A DNA stretch of 64,000 nt from Thermoanaerobaculia bacterium (GTDB taxonomy: Bacteria > Acidobacteriota > Thermoanaerobaculia > Multivoradales > Multivoraceae): NCBI GenBank assembly GCA_963666565.1, contig OY762911.1, forward strand, positions 4,704,001-4,768,000, read 5' to 3'. Below the pieces are notes generated by a model. That model ran no database searches, was not told where the DNA came from, and saw only the letters and a program-made list of their open reading frames with translations. The translations under genes and the position numbers were made by a program. This document shows, piece after piece, positions 57,748-64,000 of the stretch; within the stretch, counting starts at the first letter, position 1, and each line of letters opens with the position of its first letter.

Positions 57748-60051
57748 CTACAGGTCCACCCTGACGCCGACGACCACGCTGCGCGGGAACCGCGGTCCAT
57801 GGACGTAGCCGGCATCCCGCAGCGGCCCCCGGTCCAGGTCCCGCTGGTACTCGTCCGTCAGGTTCCTCAACGCAACGGTGGCGGTGATCCGGCGGTCGCC
57901 GCCCAGAGCGAACCGGCGCGACAGGCCGAGATCCCACGTCAGAAAGCCCGGCGTAACTTCGAGCCGGTCCTCGGCGATGTAACCCGCGTAGTGAGGCGCC
58001 AGCATGGAGCCCGTGTAGCGGAGCCCGGCGAACAGGTCGAACCCTCGCGGCAGCGCCCACTGCACGCTGGCCGTGCCGTACTTCTCGGGAGTCCGGAACA
58101 TCGTCGTGCTGCCGAAGTCCGGCTCGGCGACGCCGAACTCCGCCCGCTGCCAGGCGTAACCCGCGTCCACCGTCAGGCCGCCATGCCGGAGTCCCCAACC
58201 CAACTCCAGGCCGCGCACCCGCGCGCGGCCGAAGTTCGCGCGCACGAACTCGAGTTCCGGCGTCCCCGGCTCGTCGGCCTCCAGCCTGTGGAACAGGTCG
58301 TCGATCCGGGTGTCGAAGAAGGTCGAGTCGACCGCCATCGCCGTGCGCCGTCCCACCATCGGCCGCCACTCGATACCGACCATCCGCGCCGCCGACGTCT
58401 CCTCGCGCAGCGCGGGATCGTCGCGCACGACCATCGCCTTGCCGCCCAGGAGGGCAATGTGCAGGTCCTCGTCGAACGCAGCGGGCGGCCGGAAGCCGGC
58501 GCTGTGGGAAGCGCGCAGCGTCAGGTCGCTCCGGGGGGTCCACATCAGGGCGGCCCGGGGCGAAACGATCGACCCGTCGACCGCGCTGTGGCGGTCGACC
58601 CGCGCTCCGTAGAGCAGCGTCACGCGGTCGCCGATCCGGCGATCGTCCTGGACGAAACCCGAGACGCTCCGGTACGTCTCCCGGATCATGCGGCGGTAAG
58701 CCGGTTGCCGGTCGTCGATCAGGTCGCTCGCGGCCTGGATGCCGAAGCTCACCGTGCCCCGGGCGCCGCCGCGGTTGACGTGGGAATCGAAGACCCGGAG
58801 GGGGTTGCGGGTCGCGCCGAACGCGCCCGGGTCCCCTCCGGCGCCGTAGTAACTGGCGCGTTCGGCAGCGGCGTGGGAAACGGTGGCGCGCCAGTCCCAG
58901 AGGGGCGACGCGGTGTGCAGCCAGGACACGCTGGCGCCGCGCCGGCTGGAGTCCAACTGCTCGGCGACCTCGACCTGCTCCGGCGGCAGGCGCAGCCGGT
59001 CGCCGCCGCGCCTGAACTCCGACATGTGGCTGACTTCCACCGCGAGTCTCGCCGAGCCGTCGCGGAAGAACTCGTGGTAGCGAACGCCGAACGCGTCGAG
59101 ATCGCGGATCGACACGTCGCTGAAGCCGTCGCCGTCCACGTCGACCGGCGCCACCCGGTCGGCCTGACCGTGCAACGTGGCGGCGCGCCTGGCCCCCGGG
59201 GTCCAGTCCGCCACGAGGCTGTAGGACGGCGTCACGGCGGCGCCGACCGCGCCCTCCATCCTCTCCGAGCGCGCGTCCGCCTCGACGTGGGTGTGGTCCG
59301 GATGGTGAGGGATCAGGTTGATCACTCCCGCGACGGCGCCGGCGCCGTAGGCCGGCGAACCGCCACCCTTGACCACCTCGATGCTGTCGATCAGCCGTGC
59401 CGGCAGTTGCTCGATGCCGTAGACCATTGCCAGCGACGACAGGGTCGGCTGACCGTCGACCAGAAGTTGCGAGTACGGCCCCTCGAGCCCGAGCATCCGA
59501 ATCTGGGAGGCATTGCAGGTCTGGCAGGTGGACTCCACCCGCACCCCGCGGGTCCACTCGACGGCGTCGGCCAAGGTGCGCGCGGCGACGCTCTCGATTC
59601 GCGAGCGCGGCATAGTCTCCATGTGGAGCGGCACGTCGGCCAGCCGCTTCTCCGTCCGCGTCGCGGTCACCACCGTCTCCTCGCCGAACGCGGCGCGAAG
59701 CCGGACGTCGATCTCGACCGGTTCTCCGTCCTCCAGCCGGACCTGGCGCTCGGCCAGACCGTAACCGTACGCGTAGACGACGAGCCTGTGCTCGCCCGGT
59801 TCCGCCGGGACGAGACAGAAACGGCCGCGCTCGTCCGTCGCCACGGTTCGCGAGGAACCCGTCAACGTGACCGCGGCGCCCACCACAGGTTCACCGGTAA
59901 GGGAGCGCACCGTGCCGTGCACTCCGGCATCCGCCGGACATCCGGCCGCTCTTGCCTGACCCGCGGCCAGGATCGCGAGGATCGTCCACAGGCCAATGGC
60001 CGGGGCGCCGATGCGAAACGGCTTGCCGCGCTTTTTTCTCGGCGTTTCCAC
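57748..60051 (-). CDS. TonB-dependent receptor, CirA/BtuB-like, with a CxxC in the plug
   Basis: VVTATRT TonB box region, ESTCQTC, IEVVKGGGS..YG..AVAGVINLI. Start is GTG 60051 or 60057. Confidence 0.9.
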   Translation of the reverse strand: METPRKKRGKPFRIGAPAIGLWTILAILAAGQARAAGCPADAGVHGTVRSLTGEPVVGAAVTLTGSSRTVATDERGRFCLVPAEPGEHRLVVYAYGYGLAERQVRLEDGEPVEIDVRLRAAFGEETVVTATRTEKRLADVPLHMETMPRSRIESVAARTLADAVEWTRGVRVESTCQTCNASQIRMLGLEGPYSQLLVDGQPTLSSLAMVYGIEQLPARLIDSIEVVKGGGSPAYGAGAVAGVINLIPHHPDHTHVEADARSERMEGAVGAAVTPSYSLVADWTPGARRAATLHGQADRVAPVDVDGDGFSDVSIRDLDAFGVRYHEFFRDGSARLAVEVSHMSEFRRGGDRLRLPPEQVEVAEQLDSSRRGASVSWLHTASPLWDWRATVSHAAAERASYYGAGGDPGAFGATRNPLRVFDSHVNRGGARGTVSFGIQAASDLIDDRQPAYRRMIRETYRSVSGFVQDDRRIGDRVTLLYGARVDRHSAVDGSIVSPRAALMWTPRSDLTLRASHSAGFRPPAAFDEDLHIALLGGKAMVVRDDPALREETSAARMVGIEWRPMVGRRTAMAVDSTFFDTRIDDLFHRLEADEPGTPELEFVRANFGRARVRGLELGWGLRHGGLTVDAGYAWQRAEFGVAEPDFGSTTMFRTPEKYGTASVQWALPRGFDLFAGLRYTGSMLAPHYAGYIAEDRLEVTPGFLTWDLGLSRRFALGGDRRITATVALRNLTDEYQRDLDRGPLRDAGYVHGPRFPRSVVVGVRVDL

Positions 60052-60059
60052 GGCCACGA

Positions 60060-60089
60060 ATACTATTTTTCGTGATGACTAAAAGTCAA
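60060..60089 (-). promoter_or_regulatory. Promoter with a DtxR/MntR-like inverted repeat in the spacer
   Basis: TTGACT-18-TAGTAT on the minus strand; TTTTAG-N6-CGAAAA imperfect palindrome; the only AT-rich patch locally. Confidence 0.55.
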
Positions 60090-60220
60090 CCCGTGGCACG
60101 GGAGGAACCCGGCCGTCCCCGTCAGGACACGAGGAGTGCGAACGACCGCCGCTCAGGCCGGGCGCGGCCGACCTTCGACGCAGCCGGCCGGAACCCACCT
60201 GTCGCCGGCCGTTCCCCGGA

Positions 60221-60595
60221 TCAGCCGGCCGACATCTTGAAGAAGCAGAGCTTGTTGCCGTCGAGATCCCGGACGTAGGCGCCGTAGAAGGTGGGCATCC
60301 GCGATCCCGGCTCTCCCTCGTCGGTACCGCCCAACTCGATCGCCTTGGCGTGGAGCGAGTCGACCTGCTCTTCCGAGCCCGCGGGGATCGCCACCATGTT
60401 GCCGTTCCCCGGAACCTGCGGTTCCTCGTTGTAGGGGATGCAGATGGCGAGCATCGGCTGTCCGGGCGCGACGCCATAGCCCTTGATGCGGCCCATGTCG
60501 AACATGGTCTTCGCGCCCAGCTCGCCCAGCAGCGCGTCGTAGAACGCCGTCGCCCGGTCCATGTCGTTCACGCCGATCGTGCAGTAACCCAGCAT
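60221..60595 (-). CDS. VOC/glyoxalase-family protein
   Basis: IGVNDMDRATAFYD, GNGNMVA, GGTDEGEPG and YVRDLDGNKL. Confidence 0.9.
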   Translation of the reverse strand: MLGYCTIGVNDMDRATAFYDALLGELGAKTMFDMGRIKGYGVAPGQPMLAICIPYNEEPQVPGNGNMVAIPAGSEEQVDSLHAKAIELGGTDEGEPGSRMPTFYGAYVRDLDGNKLCFFKMSAG

Positions 60596-60688
60596 TGGAA
60601 GCCTCCAGGAAGAACGCGCCGTCGAGGAGCGACGGGGCGCGCCGGAAGATAGCAGCCGAACGCGGCCGGTGCGCCGGCCGCCGGCGGC

Positions 60689-61744
60689 TCAGCTCTCGTC
60701 GTCTTCGTCTTCGATCAGGTCGGCCCGCCGGAGGTCGAGCTTCTCGCCGGTGAAACTGTCCAGCTTGTAGACCCAGGAGCCGTGGTAGTCGTTGAAGTCC
60801 CGCATCTCCTCCGCGCGGGTCAGGATGTCCGCCTTCTCCTGGAGTTCCTCGTCGGGCGTGTCCCGCTCGATCTCGACCTGCTGCACGGTGTGGTAGCCGC
60901 CGATGCGGATGTAGCGGTCGTCCTCGCGGCCGGCGACCGCGACGACGTAACCCGAACCGTCGTCCAGTTCGTACCGGAACTCGTCGTCGAAGGACAGATC
61001 GGCCACTTCCCCGGAGTCGAGGAGATGGACCTCGGAGAACCGCAGCCGGGACAGGAAGTTCCTGACCCGTCCGGCCTCGCTCGTCTTCTCGCGGCGCCCG
61101 GCCGGCACGCGTTCGAGCGCGAGTTCCGCGTCCTCCTCGCCGGCCTTGCCGAAGGTGAAGTCGGGGCCCTCGATGCGGACCACGTCGCCCGAGGCGACGT
61201 CGACGATCTCCTTCTGGAGGAACTGGTCGGCCCCGCTGTCGATCAGCACGGTCGCCTCGGTGAGGTAGATCGGATCGTCCTCGCCGTCGAGGCGCCGCAC
61301 GTAGTTGCCGCTGCCGTCGGCGAACCGGTCGCCGACCCGCAGCCGGACCATGTCGCTGCCGGCCGCGTTCCTGAGCGCCACCTCCACCGTGTCCTCGCCC
61401 GGCGGCTCGATGCCGAGTTCGGCGGCCAGGCTCTCGCCGGCGCCGACCTCCTTGGCCAGCTCGATGTCGAGCAGGTTGCGCACCAGCCGGTTCACGCCCT
61501 CGTTCCTGGCCCGGTAGTCGTGAGCCTCCTCCACGACGTACCGGTCGCCTTCCCGGGTCAGGGTCACCTGCTCGCCGCCCTGGATCACCTCGACCTGCGC
61601 GATCTCGTCCGGGTTCAGGTTGGGCAGGAACTTCTGGCCGCTCTCGAAGCGCTCGGCGCGCGACACGCTGTTCCAGTAGCTGAAGAGGCTCAGGGCGAGC
61701 AGCACCGCCGCGGCCCCCGCCAGTCGCTGGTTCATCTGGTTCAT
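60689..61744 (-). CDS. DUF4340-like membrane-anchored protein of a Gld-type ABC system
   Basis: N-terminal TM followed by a periplasmic domain; directly downstream of the GldG-like gene. Confidence 0.72.
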   Translation of the reverse strand: MNQMNQRLAGAAAVLLALSLFSYWNSVSRAERFESGQKFLPNLNPDEIAQVEVIQGGEQVTLTREGDRYVVEEAHDYRARNEGVNRLVRNLLDIELAKEVGAGESLAAELGIEPPGEDTVEVALRNAAGSDMVRLRVGDRFADGSGNYVRRLDGEDDPIYLTEATVLIDSGADQFLQKEIVDVASGDVVRIEGPDFTFGKAGEEDAELALERVPAGRREKTSEAGRVRNFLSRLRFSEVHLLDSGEVADLSFDDEFRYELDDGSGYVVAVAGREDDRYIRIGGYHTVQQVEIERDTPDEELQEKADILTRAEEMRDFNDYHGSWVYKLDSFTGEKLDLRRADLIEDEDDES

Positions 61745-61769
61745 GCCGGTTGACTCCCTCGATCTTCGG

Positions 61770-63884
61770 TCAGCGCCGGCGGGCGCGGTACAGGCCGACC
61801 AGCAGCACGACGATCGGCATCCAGCCGATCACCGCGAACCGCACCATCGACTCCTCGCGCTCCAGCGCCTCGCGCCGTCCCTTGCGGATGTCCCGGAGCT
61901 CCCGGTTCGCCTCCAGGATCCGCTCGTTCAGTTCGTCGACCTCTTCCTGCAGTTGCCGCTCGAAGAGCGCGGCGTTGCGCTGGGTGATCTCGCCCTGCTT
62001 CTCGCGCAGCTCCTCCTGGAAGCTCTCGATCTCCTCGCGGATCTGCCGCTCGCGGTCGAGCGTGTCGAGCTCCGCCTGAGCCTCGATCTCGTCGAAGCGG
62101 AGGAACGGGCGGCTCATGCCGCTCTTCGCCCGGACCGCCATCAGGTCCCGGGAACCCAGGAGGTAGTCGATGCCGTTGAGGACGACCTTGTGGTTGTCGT
62201 TCTGGGCCTGGACGATCCCGAACGGGTTCTGCAGGAAGGCGATCTGGTCGTGGACGAAGTCGACGTCCGCGAAGACGACCACCGCCGCCTCGCCCCGTTC
62301 CTCCTCCGGCAGCGGATCGCGGTGGACGATCTGCGCGTCGTCGGGGGGCGGCACCTCGATTTCCGGCGGCAGGTTCGGCGGCCGCACCGCCTCCTTGTCG
62401 GGGTAGTCCACACCGTCCGGGAAGGCGGTCGGCAGCTTGCCGCGCACGACGTACGCGAGGACCAGGGGCTCTTCGCCCGGCGTGAACGCGTCGCGGAGCC
62501 TGGCGCCGTCGTTCAGGTCGGTGTAGGCGAGAGCGTCGCCGCCGCCGAAGCCGGGCAGCACCTCGAGCGTGTTGCCGGCGGCCGTGGTCGAGATCAGGGG
62601 ACGGCGTTCGATGGCCGCGACCTGTTCGGCGGCTGCCGGTTCGTCTTCGCCATCCTCCCCGGCGCCGGCGGCGTCCGCCGCCGCCTCGCTCTCGACCTCC
62701 CGCAACACGCCGGACAGGAAGAAGCGCAGCTCGGACAGGCCGCGCAGCATGGGGCTCTCCCCGTCCAGCACGTCGTCGTGCAGGGTCGAATCGACCACCA
62801 GGTCGATGAGCACGGACTCCGACGCGCCGAACTGGCTCATCGGCCGCCGGGCGGCAAGCTCGAAGTCGGCCGCGAACTCGTTCTCCAGGAGTTCCAGGCC
62901 CCAGGCGTCGAGCAACGGCGCGAGGTTCGAGGCCGGCTGGTACTGCAGCGCCGCCCAGGGCTGCTGCGGATTCTGGGGCGGCGTGTCGCCGAGCGCGTAG
63001 GGGTCCAGGAAGATCAGCGTGTTGCCGCCCCCGGCCACCCACTGGTCGATCGCGAAGACGGTCTTGTCCGGCAGCGCCTTCGGGTGGACGACGACCAGCA
63101 GGTCGTACTCGTCGCGCGAAATGTCGTCGACGTCGGCCGCGACCTGGGAGACGTCGTAGAGCTCCTCCAGGACCTGGACGAGGATCCACTTCTGCGAGGG
63201 CGTCCGTCCCTGGGCGGCCAGCATCTGGGCCATGATCGGATCCTGGCCGCCGCCGAAGACCTCCAGGCTCGACAGCACACCCACGCGCTGCCGCGTCGGC
63301 CACAGCAGGCCGTGGATCTTCTTCGAGATCTCGTACTCGACGTTCTGCTGCTCCTGCGGCCACAGGAACTCGATCGTCTCCCGGCTGCCGGTCTGGGTCT
63401 CGAAGGCGAGGCCGAAGTAGAAGAGATCGCCGTTCTGGTTGATCAGCTTCCCGTCCAGCCCGTCCTCGGCGGCCCGGTCGGCGTCGTCGCTGTCGGGGAT
63501 CGGGTCGATCCACTCGATCCGGATCTTCCCCGCCGCGGCCCGCTCGTACTCGCCGAGCAGGCTGCGGAGGTAGCGCTCGTAGCCGATGAAGTCCTTGACG
63601 AACTTCGGCAGCGTCTTGCCCGTGGTCTCGGAGAAGTAGAGCCGGATGTCCAGCGGCTTCACTCCTTCCTCCTGGATGCGGTCGAGGATCGCGTGGGTGC
63701 CGTCCGTCAGGGAGTAGAGGTCGTCGCCGGTCAGGTCGACGCGGAGCCCCTCGGCCCACTCGTTCGCCAGGTGGATGGAGAGCACGGTCACGAGCCCGAT
63801 CAGGGCCAGGGTCAGGATCGGACTCCGGGCCGCCGTCAGGCCGCGCCCGCCGGCATCCGGTTTCATCCTCGGTTCGTCAGTCAT
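61770..63884 (-). CDS. GldG-like ABC-type auxiliary component
   Basis: RVDLT..LYSLTDGT, EYEISK, IDQWV..GG..IFLDP, VVVFADVD, coiled coil and C-terminal TM. Confidence 0.85.
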   Translation of the reverse strand: MTDEPRMKPDAGGRGLTAARSPILTLALIGLVTVLSIHLANEWAEGLRVDLTGDDLYSLTDGTHAILDRIQEEGVKPLDIRLYFSETTGKTLPKFVKDFIGYERYLRSLLGEYERAAAGKIRIEWIDPIPDSDDADRAAEDGLDGKLINQNGDLFYFGLAFETQTGSRETIEFLWPQEQQNVEYEISKKIHGLLWPTRQRVGVLSSLEVFGGGQDPIMAQMLAAQGRTPSQKWILVQVLEELYDVSQVAADVDDISRDEYDLLVVVHPKALPDKTVFAIDQWVAGGGNTLIFLDPYALGDTPPQNPQQPWAALQYQPASNLAPLLDAWGLELLENEFAADFELAARRPMSQFGASESVLIDLVVDSTLHDDVLDGESPMLRGLSELRFFLSGVLREVESEAAADAAGAGEDGEDEPAAAEQVAAIERRPLISTTAAGNTLEVLPGFGGGDALAYTDLNDGARLRDAFTPGEEPLVLAYVVRGKLPTAFPDGVDYPDKEAVRPPNLPPEIEVPPPDDAQIVHRDPLPEEERGEAAVVVFADVDFVHDQIAFLQNPFGIVQAQNDNHKVVLNGIDYLLGSRDLMAVRAKSGMSRPFLRFDEIEAQAELDTLDRERQIREEIESFQEELREKQGEITQRNAALFERQLQEEVDELNERILEANRELRDIRKGRREALEREESMVRFAVIGWMPIVVLLVGLYRARRR

Positions 63885-63904
63885 CTGCCAGCCACCTCAG
63901 GACA

Positions 63905-64000
63905 CTAGTTCGTCTTCGTCTGGCTGAGCACCAGCATGCCGCAGATCAGCCAGCCGACGGTGAACAACACGAAGAACAGCAGCGAGTTCAACTGCAACAG
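63905..64000 (-). CDS. C-terminus of an ABC-2 permease (GldF-like), truncated by the window edge
   Basis: LLQLNSLLFFVLFTVGWLICGMLVLSQTKTN-stop, upstream of the GldG-like gene. Confidence 0.6.
   Translation of the reverse strand: MLQLNSLLFFVLFTVGWLICGMLVLSQTKTN

Overview
GC-rich bacterial window, probably Acidobacteriota and possibly Thermoanaerobaculia-like; this is inferred from the Oar-type TonB receptors, a lineage-typical C-terminal domain and a Uma2 gene, not proven. Most of it is metabolic or housekeeping: esterase, Lhr helicase, MrpD-like antiporter subunit, LysR-gltB-gltD, LarA, hemB, sulfatase, a PVC-type heme/cupredoxin dehydrogenase, a PQQ dehydrogenase, a VapBC module and GldG/DUF4340 ABC components. 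Two accessory regions stand out. (1) 1.8-5.8 kb holds a XamI-like type II restriction-modification pair and an autoregulated XRE + conserved hypothetical operon. (2) 21-29.5 kb holds the main finding, a candidate invertible receptor switch. A complete TonB-dependent receptor gene (26512-29445, +) has an inverted, 5'-truncated but otherwise intact paralogous cassette (24734-22329, -). Between them lie an intact P4-type tyrosine integrase and the receptor promoter. The two copies share a 17-bp core exactly where homology begins, and they differ mainly in putative surface loops. A CTGGG-type REP family is scattered through the window and has also entered coding sequences in frame. All functional calls come from motif recognition by eye; no database searches were run.
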